A DNA stretch of 63,668 bases, counting the filler, from Octopus bimaculoides (Eukaryota): the NCBI RefSeq assembly GCF_001194135.2. It is 4 parts of 4 records of this genome, joined end to end, with 100 filler letters (N's around TTAATTAATTAA, not from the genome) between each part and the next. Parts side by side here need not be neighbours in the genome. Positions count along the whole stretch, not along the records: positions 36,763 to 58,738 come from NC_068994.1; 3 more parts are not named here. One strand, 5' to 3'. How positions within the stretch are numbered: the stretch's first letter is position 1; the number at the start of each line of letters is the position of its first letter. Under the pieces are notes generated by a model. It did no database searches, was not told the DNA's origin, and was given only the letters and a program-made list of their open reading frames with translations. Below are positions 40,422-54,168 of this stretch, piece after piece. The position numbers were made by a program, and so were the translations under genes.

Positions 40422-41530
40422 AGTGTGTATATCCATACGTAATTATACACTAAGAGGAAAATGACTAAGAAATTCCGGGCCCTCAGAAACTCCGAGTTGG
40501 GGTCCGATGAGCTAGAAGGCCACTGGAATTAAGGCAGTCCTCGGCTTATATTAAACCATGTGTCAGGTGAAGGTCACTCTGATATGAAACTGGATATGCA
40601 AGGAATGGTATTGAATATTTAAGGGATCTTTTGCTTGCGACCGAGATCATGTGCTTCTACATCCCCGAACCTGCAACCCATACTGGCACTAGTTGTCTTG
40701 CCTCGGCTAATCTCTGGGTCATAATCAATAGGCGAGAAAGGGCCTATGAAATGTGCAAGCCTTACTGAACCTAAAATTCTGCAGACATAGCTGGCATTTT
40801 GCATAGGAATTGCTGTTTATGTGCACAATGTTCTTATTGGTAGCTCACGAGTGGACAGCTATAAATGTATGTTAATATACATGCATGTATATTTGTTTCA
40901 TAATTTTCTGTTTATGTAGAAGTTCACCAAAGTAAAGCTGAATATTCTGCTTAAATATGGTTCTGAGCTATGTTTTGAATACCTTGTAACCTTCACTCAT
41001 TTCTATGCATCCCTAAACGTCGATAGATTTTTCGTGTAAATGTGATATCTATTTTCAATGTTATTCTTACGGTTTGTACTGTAGTCGTTGTTAAAAAGTC
41101 AAAATTTGATAGAAGAAAAATGGCTGCCATACATACGTAAATGGTAGCCATTTTTCTCATATATAATATAATATATATAATATTATATATTATATATGCA
41201 AAAAAGAGATTTTCAAATGTGAGTTGCAGTAGTGGAATGATACATTACTCACAGGCATTAAACTAATGATGCGACATAGTGTATGAAAATCTATGGTTAA
41301 TTTGAAACATCTTACTCATTTAAATAGATATTTCTTCAACAATTCGAAATTGGATATTGATGTTACACCCTCCCCCACACGCACACACATACACAGATAT
41401 GCATGCTCACACATACACTCACACGTACACATACAAGCACACAAACATGATGCATGCAAAAATACCTATGTTTATGTATATATATATATATATATGCGTG
41501 TGTACATATATATATATATATATAGAAATA

Positions 41531-41595
<65 letters not shown>

Positions 41596-41652
41596 GATTT
41601 AGATAAATTCATACATGCCAGCGCGTGTATATATACATATATTCATGCACAC

Positions 41653-41724
<72 letters not shown>

Positions 41725-44527
41725 NNNNNNNNNNNNNNNNNNNNNNNNNNNNNNNNNNNNNNNNNNNNNNNNNNNNNNNNNNNNNNNNNNNNNNNNNNNN
41801 NNNNNNNNNNNNNNNNNNNNNNNNNNNNNNNNNNNNNNNNNNNNNNNNNNNNNNNNNNNNNNNNNNNNNNNNNNNNNNNNNNNNNNNNNNNNNNNNNNNN
41901 NNNNNNNNNNNNNNNNNNNNNNNNNNNNNNNNNNNNNNNNNNNNNNNNNNNNNNNNNNNNNNNNNNNNNNNNNNNNNNNNNNNNNNNNNNNNNNNNNNNN
42001 NNNNNNNNNNNNNNNNNNNNNNNNNNNNNNNNNNNNNNNNNNNNNNNNNNNNNNNNNNNNNNNNNNNNNNNNNNNNNNNNNNNNNNNNNNNNNNNNNNNN
42101 NNNNNNNNNNNNNNNNNNNNNNNNNNNNNNNNNNNNNNNNNNNNNNNNNNNNNNNNNNNNNNNNNNNNNNNNNNNNNNNNNNNNNNNNNNNNNNNNNNNN
42201 NNNNNNNNNNNNNNNNNNNNNNNNNNNNNNNNNNNNNNNNNNNNNNNNNNNNNNNNNNNNNNNNNNNNNNNNNNNNNNNNNNNNNNNNNNNNNNNNNNNN
42301 NNNNNNNNNNNNNNNNNNNNNNNNNNNNNNTATATTTATATGCATACACACACATGTACAGAAATACCCATATGCACAAATGTACAAATAAATTCATTTA
42401 TAGGTTGCTATTTTTTTTTTAAATATCATCTGATAAATAAGTATAGCTGCTATATTATAAATTGACATGCATTACCTAGAATTTTAATAATGCTAGCATA
42501 TATACATACCTTACACACACACACACACACACACACACAGACTCCCCCATATAAATAAATAAATAAGTGAATATATATATTTATATATAATACAAATAAT
42601 ATAAGAATATATGCATATATACGTACATGAGTATATGAGTAATATATATATACACACGCACACAAATACTTATACACATGAACATATGTGTTCGCTTAAA
42701 TATATCGTTCCATGCATCTGTGTTTGAACAACATTTTTCAGTAAGGTAAATACATGCAAACATATACATAACAAAAGCATTTTCGGGAACATTCTGCCAA
42801 TTACATGCTATTGTACCATATATTCCTCTTGCCTTCATGGTGATCAGTTGTGCATATATTTCTTTCACTTATTACGGGTTAGGCTTACATTAACTGCAGA
42901 ATATGTCTTGGAAATGCTTTTATGCAGGTAAAGCCGAACGTATGTGTGTATGAATTTCATTTGTGTAATTTCGTTCTCGTATTGCATATGCTGCTAAATA
43001 AGTAGGGAAGAAATTAACTGTTGTGTCATTTCACTGCATTTAGTATGCGATTGCCCATGTGTAAGTAAACAAATTCCACACATTCAAACTTGCACAGAGA
43101 CATTCATCTATAATATATCTACGCGTCTATATGTTCATCTCCATTTTGCGGCCTCTTTCTCTCTCTCTCTGTGCTTCTTTCGTCATATATAAACGCGTAC
43201 ATTCACATGCTACGTATCTCTACGTATGTATACGCGTGTGCACGCATACAATGTGCGTACGTATATAATGCTATATAAATGCATACATATACAGAGATAT
43301 ACATGCATGCGTACATAAACACACACACACGTGCGCACATACACATATATACGTATAACAATGATTCGGGCGTACATAAAGATATATGAATATACAGTTA
43401 CGCACATATGTACGAGTACGTAGGTCTGGTTGCCGATATATATATATATATATATATATANNNNNNNNNNNNNNNNNNNNNNNNNNNNNNNNNNNNNNNN
43501 NNNNNNNNNNNNNNNNNNNNNNNNNNNNNNNNNNNNNNNNNNNNNNNNNNNNNNNNNNNNNNNNNNNNNNNNNNNNNNNNNNNNNNNNNNNNNNNNNNNN
43601 NNNNNNNNNNNNNNNNNNNNNNNNNNNNNNNNNNNNNNNNNNNNNNNNNNNNNNNNNNNNNNNNNNNNNNNNNNNNNNNNNNNNNNNNNNNNNNNNNNNN
43701 NNNNNNNNNNNNNNNNNNNNNNNNNNNNNNNNNNNNNNNNNNNNNNNNNNNNNNNNNNNNNNNNNNNNNNNNNNNNNNNNNNNNNNNNNNNNNNNNNNNN
43801 NNNNNNNNNNNNNNNNNNNNNNNNNNNNNNNNNNNNNNNNNNNNNNNNNNNNNNNNNNNNNNNNNNNNNNNNNNNNNNNNNNNNNNNNNNNNNNNNNNNN
43901 NNNNNNNNNNNNNNNNNNNNNNNNNNNNNNNNNNNNNNNNNNNNNNNNNNNNNNNNNNNNNNNNNNNNNNNNNNNNNNNNNNNNNNNNNNNNNNNNNNNN
44001 NNNNNNNNNNNNNNNNNNNNNNNNNNNNNNNNNNNNNNNNNNNNNNNNNNNNNNNNNNNNNNNNNNNNNNNNNNNNNNNNNNNNNNNNNNNNNNNNNNNN
44101 NNNNNNNNNNNNNNNNNNNNNNNNNNNNNNNNNNNNNNNNNNNNNNNNNNNNNNNNNNNNNNNNNNNNNNNNNNNNNNNNNNNNNNNNNNNNNNNNNNNN
44201 NNNNNNNNNNNNNNNNNNNNNNNNNNNNNNNNNNNNNNNNNNNNNNNNNNNNNNNNNNNNNNNNNNNNNNNNNNNNNNNNNNNNNNNNNNNNNNNNNNNN
44301 NNNNNNNNNNNNNNNNNNNNNNNNNNNNNNNNNNNNNNNNNNNNNNNNNNNNNNNNNNNNNNTGTGTGTGTATGTGAGTGTGTGTACATTGCGCGTGTGC
44401 CAATATCGTTCTTGCGTGTGTATGTCTGTATATATCAGAAGCGTTCATTTGAATCTCTCCTTCTCTCTCTCACCCTCTTGCACACACTTCTATCATCTCA
44501 TTATCACTTCAGCATCATAGATAGATA

Positions 44528-44760
44528 AGCAGCGAGCTGGTAGAATCGTTAGCGCGCCGGCCGAAATGCTTAGCGGTATTTCGTCTGCCGCTACGATCTG
44601 AGTTCAAATTCCACCGCGGTCGACTTTGCCTTTTATCCTTTCGGAGTCGATAAATTAAGTACCAGTTACGCACTGGGGTCGATTTAATCGACTTAATCCC
44701 TTTGTCTATCTTTGTTTGTCCTCTCTATGTTTAACCCCTTGTGGGCAATGAAGAAATAAG
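44528..44760 (+). mobile_element. SINE family B subfamily with TTTGTC...GAAATAAG tail
   Basis: Head GCAGCGAGCTGGTAGAATCGTTAG; core GTCGACTTTGCCTTTTATCCTTTCGG; distinct tail at 44701-44760. Confidence 0.85.
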
Positions 44761-44945
44761 AATCGTTAGCATGCCGGGCGAAATCGTTAGTGGTATTTTG
44801 TGTTTCTTTACGCTCTGAGTTCGAATTCCGCCGAGGTCGACTTTACCTTTTAATCCTCTTTCGTGGTTGAATATTGGCGTCGATGTAATCAATCGACTTA
44901 CCTCTGCCCTCAAAATTTCAGGCCTTGTGCCAAAATGTGAAACCA
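44761..44945 (+). mobile_element. SINE family B, tandem second copy (5'-truncated)
   Basis: AATCGTTAGCATGCCGGGCGAAAT...AAATTTCAGGCCTTGTGCC. Confidence 0.8.
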
Positions 44946-45254
44946 ATATAACAGATAGACAGACAGATAGATGCATGCTGTGTGTGTGTCAATAGCGTTC
45001 GTTTGAAGTTTGCTTCTCACCAAGTCTCTCTTTCTTTCTCTTTTCTTGTCTCCCTTTTTCTCTCTCTTTCCCACTTCCTCTCTCTTCTCTCTCCTACACA
45101 TTCATTTACCATCCCCTTTCCACAACGTGGCACATCAGTGTGACAGTTTCTTTACACCACAGGAATTTACTGTTAATGCATTAATATAAGAGGTAGATAA
45201 GATAGCGTTGTTATTATGTAATTCAGCTTTGTTATGTAATTCCTTTCTAGTACA

Positions 45255-45470
45255 GGCACAAGGCCTGAAATATTAGGGGAGAGGGCCAGTCGATTACATC
45301 AACTCCATTACTCAACTGGTACTTATTTTATCCACCCCAAAAGGACGAAAAGCAAAGGATACAAAGCAAAGTCGACCCCGAGTTCTGAATTGAACTCAGA
45401 ACGTAAAGAGAGACGAAATGCCGCTAAGCTTTTTCGCCTGGCGTGCTAACGATTTAGCCAACTCGCCGCC
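45255..45470 (-). mobile_element. SINE family B
   Basis: Reverse complement aligns to 53630-53848; head abuts (TAA)n. Confidence 0.8.
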
Positions 45471-45525
<55 letters not shown>

Positions 45526-45557
45526 TAATAATAATAATAATAATAATAATTATAATT

Positions 45558-45611
<54 letters not shown>

Positions 45612-45623
45612 GAAATAATAGTA

Positions 45624-45674
<51 letters not shown>

Positions 45675-46134
45675 GGCCATGTTAGCCAAATCTCATATTC
45701 TACACAAAATACTTTCCAATTGAAAACCACATACAAAACATACACAATCATTCAGACAGACACAGACACACAGACATACACACACAGCTCATGTTCTACG
45801 CAATTATTATCCAACAGTATTAGTAAAACAATAACGTTAACAGCAACAGCATCAACAACAACAACAACAACAACAACGACGACAACATCAGAAATAGCGG
45901 CAGCAAACATTTGCTGCAAAGAAGACGCACATTAAACCCAGACGACAAAGCACTGCACACCATCCAACTACCGCCGTCTAATTAGATGCAACACAAAGCG
46001 CCACTTCTCCAAAGTCAATATTGAATCCATTTCGCGATCGCCGAGGTGTATGCACCTGGTGTCGTGGTAAACAATTCGCACTGGAAATATACAGGATAGA
46101 CAAAAACACACACAAAAAAAGAAGAGCCCGGATA

Positions 46135-46640
<506 letters not shown>

Positions 46641-46799
46641 ATAGTTTAATTACAATGAAAAAGAGAAAAAGATTTAAAGGCAAAACAATAGAAAAAGGCA
46701 AACAGAAATATATAGAACACAATCAAAGGACGAAATCAAAATGGAGTTTTGGAATATAATAGAGAAGAAATTGGTTGAAAATAAAAATCAAACGAACTG

Positions 46800-47370
46800 T
46801 GTGGCCAATCCCCGGCTAGTCTTGACAGAGAGGAAGTAACCCAGTGTGAAAGCCAACAATGGCAGCTCAAAAAGGTCTGGACTACAAACAGAAACCTAAG
46901 TTCTGGTTTTAGTTACACAAAAGATCAATGCCAAACCAAAAATAATTACCAAAATAAAATAATAATGAAAACGGATACTGTCGCCAAGTGCAGATAGTAC
47001 AATGAGACACTTCTCTACATCATTTCCGGTTTAGCCAGTCTTTGCCAAATTCGTGTATCTTCATAGACACGAACGTGTGGATAGTTCTGTCCATTGGGCA
47101 ACGTGCCGACACTTAAAGGTTACAAAACTGAAAAGCAGTATAAACATGTACCAGACATGTTACATGACAACGACTTGACTCTCAGCATCTGGGACCTGTC
47201 TGTCCAGGCTGACCAAAAGATCAAAGCAGACCGTCTAAATATAGTTTTCATCAGCTTGATAAAACAAAATATCAAAATTTCTGTTAGACATTATGATGAT
47301 TTCGATGAGAAAAACATGACCCGGATGGAAGTGGATAAACTGATGGAGTACAAGAATTTGGTATCCAGAG
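46800..47370 (+). mobile_element. Decayed R4-like zinc finger/RLE fragment
   Basis: DQC.TKNNYQ, AKCR, SVHWATCRHL, YKHVPD, IWDLSVQADQKIKADRLNIV, DKLMEYKNL. Confidence 0.7.
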
Positions 47371-47374
47371 GTTC

Positions 47375-47500
47375 ATAACTCGTGAGGGAAGAGCCTCTCG
47401 CAGGGCTTCTTCCTCTGCTATCTTTCTCTGGCCAGTCGTGGCCATGTAGATCCACGCAGCGGATGAGATCATCTCACCATCTTGTCTTTTGTCAAGAGAA
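47375..47500 (-). mobile_element. Possible RTE-like LINE 3' end
   Basis: QKTRW*DDL (cf. RP.TRW.DDL) on the minus strand. Confidence 0.3.
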
Positions 47501-47989
47501 TGTAAGGATTGCCGTGGCTGTTATGAGATGTTTGCAACACAGCCGTTTCGATACCGCCTTTTTGGCATCGCTGATTCGGCGCTGACATATTTGGACATCA
47601 GTCGCTTTAATATTTCTCTCGTTTTCTCTCTCTCTCCCCGTCTCTCAGTCTATGTGTGTAAGCATAATACTCCTTATGTGTATAAGGAGAGGGGAAATGT
47701 TTACATCAATCGCATTCAGTTAATGAATTCTAATGTCTCTTTTTCATTTCTCACTCTCTCTATGTGTAAGCGTATATTTCCGTGCACTTATGTGTGAGCG
47801 CGCATGTGTGCTTACCTCCAGTGCCAAAAAGTACTGCCACTAAAACAGATTCAATGTACAGTCAACCGTACCAAATCGGCTGTATCCGGCCGCAACCAAT
47901 AATCCCATTTCGTTACGTCCCACACTTACTACCTCGTTCAAAATATGGCTGATAACAAAGGATAACTTCTTGTGACAACTTCTAATGAT

Positions 47990-48128
47990 TACCGTCAAAT
48001 AATTTCTGCAGATTCCCTGAAAGTTTCATCCGAATCCATCCAGCGGTTCTTGAGATATCTTGTCCTCGGACAAAGAAATAAATACGACTGAAACAATACT
48101 CCGCCTTCGCTAAGGCGGAGGTAATAAT
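47990..48128 (-). mobile_element. HINE/Helentron-like non-autonomous element 5' end
   Basis: Minus strand starts TTATTACCTCCGCCTTAGCGAAGGCGGAG (9-bp hairpin 48099-48120), then ATCTCAAGAACCGCTGGATGGATTCGGATGAAACTTT, the layout of HINE/DINE-type elements. Confidence 0.55.
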
Positions 48129-48164
48129 GATAACAAAAGCAAGAGTAACACCAACGATAATCCT

Positions 48165-48370
48165 TTCTACCATAGGCACAAGGCCTGAAATTTGCGAGAG
48201 GCAGAAGTCGATTATATGGACTCAGTGCGCAACTAGTAGCTTTTTCAATGACCCCGAAAAGATATAAGGCAAAGTCGACCACGGCGTGATTTGAACTCAA
48301 AACGGAAAGATGGAATAAAATGTTAGGGAGTATTTAGTCTGGTGATTTAACAATTCTGCCACTTCACCGC
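48165..48370 (-). mobile_element. SINE family B, diverged
   Basis: AGGCACAAGGCCTGAAATTT...AAGGCAAAGTCGACC...GAACTCA matches the reverse complement of family B. Confidence 0.75.
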
Positions 48371-48389
48371 TTCAATGATGGTGATAATG

Positions 48390-48390
48390 A

Positions 48391-48451
<61 letters not shown>

Positions 48452-48555
48452 GCTGCGGCTGCTGTTGCTACCGCCACCTCAGCCGTGGCCGCCGCCGCCG
48501 CCGCTGCTGCTACCGCCGCCGCTGCTGCTACCACCGCCGCCGCCGCTGATGCTTC

Positions 48556-48593
<38 letters not shown>

Positions 48594-48596
48594 CTG

Positions 48597-48640
<44 letters not shown>

Positions 48641-48667
48641 GCAACTACTGCTGCTGCTGCTGCTGCA

Positions 48668-48701
<34 letters not shown>

Positions 48702-48710
48702 GTAATAACA
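48390..48710. repeat. Compound (CTA)n-(GCC/GCT)n-(CTA)n triplet repeat
   Basis: Direct reading. Confidence 0.9.
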
Positions 48711-49230
48711 ACAGCAGCCAAAACAATAATAAATTCGAGGACAGCGATGCTGTAAGTGTTCTCAGTCAGTGAAAACGATACATATTTTATGCATTCCATG
48801 TGATTATTGCGCACAAAATATATTGTTTAAATAACGAACAAGCAATTGAAGAGAAACGAAAGAGAAACAATACAAAACAATCGAAGCGCAGTTAAAAATT
48901 AAAGCCAACGCTGTTTAAAAAATAGTTCAACAATGTTCATTAATAAATCAAATGGTCGTAATAAAGACAATATCCGCCAGCCAAGTTGTGCGATGAGTGT
49001 TGTGGAATGAGTTTAATGTGAGCTTGAAACGAAACTGAAGTTTCAATTCTGTTCGACGTGCTTTTCTCACAGTAGTAGCAGTAATAAAAACATAAAATAA
49101 TAATAATAATAACAATAATGATGATGATAAGAATAATGATAATAATAATAATGATAAGAATAATAAAAATAATAATGATAATGACAACAACAACAACAAC
49201 AATAATAATCATAATAAAAATAATAACGAT

Positions 49231-49262
<32 letters not shown>

Positions 49263-49435
49263 TTGCTGGCCTTGTGCCAACATTTGAAACAAATATATAT
49301 ACGTGTGTGTGTGTGTGTGCGTGTGTGTGTTTTTGTGGTGTAGTGTATGTATATATAAATGTATATTACATATATATATATATACAAATGATTCATTTCC
49401 AAGTAAGTCTATCTATCTATCTATCTATCTATATA

Positions 49436-49468
<33 letters not shown>

Positions 49469-50379
49469 GACATATACACACACACACACATTATATATCC
49501 ATCCATAGAATATCCAATACACATGACGGTTACAAAAGAAACTTACAGTTTATGGAGAAAGAAAAACACGCGAAGAAGAATTGAGGAAAGAAATATATCT
49601 CTAACACAGTATCGAATGAATAAGAGTCATGNNNNNNNNNNNNNNNNNNNNNNNNNNNNNNNNNTATCAGATATTGAGCAACGCACAGAAAACATACAAG
49701 CATACACTCAAGAAGATATCTAAAAAAATATATACACGTCCGACTGCACTCAGAACGGATAAGTTCCACCCAAACCAAAGACATTGACAGAACAGAAACG
49801 ACCACCTGTAAAATATATAAAAGTGTACAAAAGAAAACCGCATAACACAAACGACTACGTGCAGAAGAAAGAACTCTCAGAACACGGTGAAAATGTTATA
49901 GAACACATCGCACGTGATAAAAAGGAAATACAAGATATTGAGGTAAAACTGAAGTAGGAGCAGAGAAAAATAACTGAAATGTGAACTATTGAAATGGGGG
50001 GGGCGGAGGGGATTAATCGAAACCTTTATAGAAGTACCCATCCAAATACACAGCAACGCCAAATGTATAATCCCGAACTTACCAACCAATAACGTTATTG
50101 TGTATTGTTTATTGAGAAAATCAGTTGCCAAAAATCATATTTATGGATACCTCACCCAGTTTAGATAAATTCCTCTTCATGTAAATGTACTGTTAATCTG
50201 TGATGGATAATTTATAAAGGGTTGTTTCTTTTCATTTTAAACAGAGGCATCAAATTTTGTTTTACAGTTTGCATGACACCGCATTCGTTGACATCTTTAG
50301 ATGCAAAAGCTTGCCGTCAACTGACGCCTCTGATTGAGACTTCGGTGCAGTTTGTATAAATCAAGGCAAAGGAATGATG

Positions 50380-50482
<103 letters not shown>

Positions 50483-51124
50483 GGCTACAGCAAATATTCT
50501 GCTCAATACCACAGATACTAAAAGACACCTGTCCAAGGTGCCACGCAGTGGGACTGAACAAGGGAGCACATGGTTAACAGCCAAATTTTGTTTCCCACAC
50601 AGCCACGCGTGCACCCATGTCTCCGGATGTCTGACCATGCTAGGATATTTAGCATTATATAAAAGTACAAAGGCTCGAAGCGTAAAAACAAAGCAAAGCT
50701 AAGAAAAAAAAAAGAAACGAAAAGAATAGACGTCGCAAACATGGCTGACAATAATTAGAAAGAATAAACAAGGTTCTAAAAGCTGCAAGCGACTGGACAG
50801 GCTTGATGGTCAATAATTAGGATTGGCAAAGTCCCCAAATTCTGGCCGAAACTTCTACCACCATTCATGAAGTTGTGTCACAAGCGACAATCAATTAACA
50901 AATAAGTGGAGCGGAATGGAGAGCTGAATGGTTAATGAAGGAGAAAATAGTATAGATAAGGTGGTTGTTGGAATGGAAATTGTTGTTGCTTATGGCTGCT
51001 TACGGGTTGAGAGAGAAAGATCGAGATTGACTACTTATGGGATGAGGTAGTGGATATGCTAATTAAGGGGTGAGGGAAGCTTCTAGGTTTATATGTATAT
51101 TTCCTTATCTTTTATCTCCTATAT

Positions 51125-51492
51125 TTTACTTGTTTCAGTCATTAGACTGCGGCCATGCTGGAGCATTACCTTGAAATTTAAGTCGCATCAATCGACCCCA
51201 GTACTTATTTTTGTCAAGTCTGGTACTTATTCTATCGGTGTCTTTTGCCGAACGGTTAAATGACAGGGACGCAAAAACACCAACACCGGTTGTCGAGTGG
51301 CGATGAGGGGACAAACACAGACACAAAGACATACACACACACACACATTTATAGGATGGACTTCTTTCTTTTCCGTCAACCAAATCCACTCACAAGGATT
51401 TAGTCGGTGCAAGGCTATAGTAGAAGTCACCAAACGTGTCACGCAGTGGGACTGAAAACGGAATCATGTGGTTGGTAAGCAAGCTTCTTACC
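51125..51492 (-). mobile_element. Full-length SINE family A with internal microsatellite
   Basis: Head 51355-51492 homologous to 5959-6130; short (TG)n; tail ending GCTCCAGCATGGCCGCAGTCTAATGACTGAAACAAGTAAAA. Confidence 0.85.
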
Positions 51493-51986
51493 AGTGAAAA
51501 GATGGAATAGGGCAAACAATATTTCCATATAGTTCTTTCATTAGTCTTTCCAGTAGTCTTNNNNNNNNNNNNNNNNNNNNNNNNNNNNNNNNNNNNNNNN
51601 NNNNNNNNNNNNNNNNNNNNNNNNNNNNNNNNNNNNNNNNNNNNNNNNNNNNNNNNNNNNNNNNNNNNNNNNNNNNNNNNNNNNNNNNNNNNNNNNNNNN
51701 NNNNNNNNNNNNNNNNNNNNNNNNNNNNNNNNNNNNNNNNNNNNNNNNNNNNNNNNNNNNNNNNNNNNNNNNNNNNNNNNNNNNNNNNNNNNNNNNNNNN
51801 NNNNNNNNNNNNNNNNNNNNNNNNNNNNNNNNNNNNNNNNNNNNNNNNNNNNNNNNNNNNNNNNNNNNNNNNNNNNNNNNNNNNNNNNNNNNNNNNNNNN
51901 NNNNNNNNNNNNNNNNNNNNNNNNNNNNNNNNNNNNNNNNNNNNNNNNNNNNNNNNNNNNNNNNNNNNNNNNNNNNNNNNNNNNNN

Positions 51987-52049
<63 letters not shown>

Positions 52050-53409
52050 ATCAATTTGTAAACTTCCTCATTCTCTCGCCCTCTGAAGGATTCGGCATGA
52101 AGTAATGGAATTATTTCCTCTTCACTGTCACTTGCTAACATGATGCATTCTGCCCTTTGCTCGCCACAGTGATTCATCGTGATTTTTCGTCTTCAGCAAA
52201 GACATGGCCACGTGAATGTGGCTAAGTCTATCAAATACCGTACAGCGTAAGGCCAGTTCTCCTGAGGGCAAACATGTTTCACATCTTCACATTTCAACTC
52301 GAATGCTCTGCAAATATTCTTCGGCAAGCGCCATGTTTAATCGAAGTTTTAAGGCAACTCATACTAATGAAATGTGATGTTAATGCGATGCAAAGTATGT
52401 ATGTATGTATGTATGTATGTATGTATGTATGTATGTATGTGTATACGTACGTATGTATATATTTGTGCATGTATATATGTATGTGTATACATATGTATGT
52501 ATGAGGTATAAATGTATGTATGTATGTATTTATGTATATATATGTATGAATGTATGTATTTATCTATGTGTGTATGTATTTATGTATGTATGAATTTATG
52601 CAATGTATATTATGTATGAATTTATGTGTAAATCTATGAATGCGTGTATGTATGCATGTGTTTAAACATATTCGCACACACACACATATAGCGTATGAAT
52701 GAATATATGTGTGTATAATGTGTATGTGTTTATGCATGTAAGTATATATCTATATAGGTCTATCTGTGAATGTGCCTTTGTGGCTGCGTGTGAGTTTCAA
52801 TCAGATATGCTATTGCATACCAGCGAGACACTGTAAGAATAACTGTGTAAAGGTCAGGAAAAATTCTTTAGTCTTGGTTGGCTTGTTTCCTACAGTTTGT
52901 TTCTTGAATAAAGAACTGATATTTTGTTCGCTCTGAAAGAAAAAAAAAAAAAATCAAAGAAATGAAAAAAAGAAAAAATGAAAAATAAAAAAAAATAATG
53001 AAAAAAAAAATCAATTATCGAGGAATAAAATAAAACAAAAATCAAGATATCGACAAATAACAACGCTCATGGGTCAGCTATATAATGTAAAACACCTGAA
53101 CTGAATGAACATTGAGAATTATGGCGCGACGTTAGCTATAATATAAACATTGCATTGGCGAATAAAATTTATCTCAAGATGACAAGTAATGGAATTATTT
53201 ATTTCTATGACAGAGAAACTGTAGGACACGAATGTTTGATATGTAGAAATCAATAGGTATGTTTCTCCAGTTTAGATCTGCTAGAGAAAGAATGATTTTG
53301 TTGTTGTAAAGAATAAGACGAAAGGGGCGAAATGTGCAACTACTGTTCCATAATATGTCCACCATGTTGTAACCAAAATTATATCTTCGTTTTCTTTTTT
53401 CTCTCTCTC

Positions 53410-53935
53410 TCTCTCTCTTTGAAAAAGGGCAATGCTTGAAACTTCAGATTCTGTTATTGTGTGTTACTAAGTAACTACAAGCCTAACATATGACAACTGT
53501 TGTGACGAATGCGAGAAAGCTATGTATTCTCATTTCCTCTCAGAAGGAGGCGAACTGCTTGAAACATAGGATTCTGTTACTGTGAGTAATTGAGCAACTG
53601 AAGTCTTAGCATATCTCAATATTGTGACTGTGATAAGGCGGCGAGTTGGCAGAAATGTTAGCACGCTGGGCGAAATGCTTAGCGGTATTTCGTCTGTCTT
53701 TACGTTCTGAGTTCAAATTCCGCCGAGGTCGACTTTGCCTTTCATCCTTTCGCGCTCGATAAATTAAGTACCAGTTGCGTACTGGGGTCGATCTAATCGA
53801 CTGGCTCCCTCCCCCAAAATTTCGGGCCTTGTGCCTAGAGTAGAAAAGAATATTGTGACTTTGGTGGCAAAACTATATATCCTTTCTCTTTCTCTCAAAA
53901 GGATGACAAATGCTTGAAACGTCGGATTTATTTAG
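53410..53935 (+). repeat. ~124-bp degenerate tandem repeat (three partial or complete units) interrupted by a SINE
   Basis: TGCTTGAAAC anchor at 53433, 53556 and 53911; spacing is 123 and 124 bp after removing the 231-bp SINE plus one TSD. Confidence 0.8.
53630..53848 (+). mobile_element. Young full-length SINE family B with 12-bp TSD
   Basis: TSD AATATTGTGACT at 53618-53629 and 53849-53860; intact B box GAGTTCAAATTCC. Confidence 0.92.
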
Positions 53936-54168
53936 CCATTATAGCAATTCACGTTACCGAATTATTTTTAAGAACTCGCTTGTCATTCGTGTACTGTTTT
54001 CTGTGGAAAATACAAGAAAGGTTAATAGCTGAAGAGATATATTTCTTAATCGAAGTAAAATAATTACTTCTTGATGAGGAACATGGACATCAAGGGAGAT
54101 GATTGACGATCAGAAATGAATTTTACTCTGACAGGCAGAATATAACTCAGTGTGGAGAAACACATGCG

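Noticed and set aside
40583-40768. Complex ~60-codon plus-strand frame (…GIEYLRDLLLATEIMCFYIPEP…)
   Set aside because: No splice signals or homology I can recognise; neighbouring frames are interrupted.
48485-48772. Poly-Ala/poly-Thr ORF resembling an antifreeze or mucin-like protein
   Set aside because: All frames on both strands are open because of triplet periodicity; no splice or promoter context.
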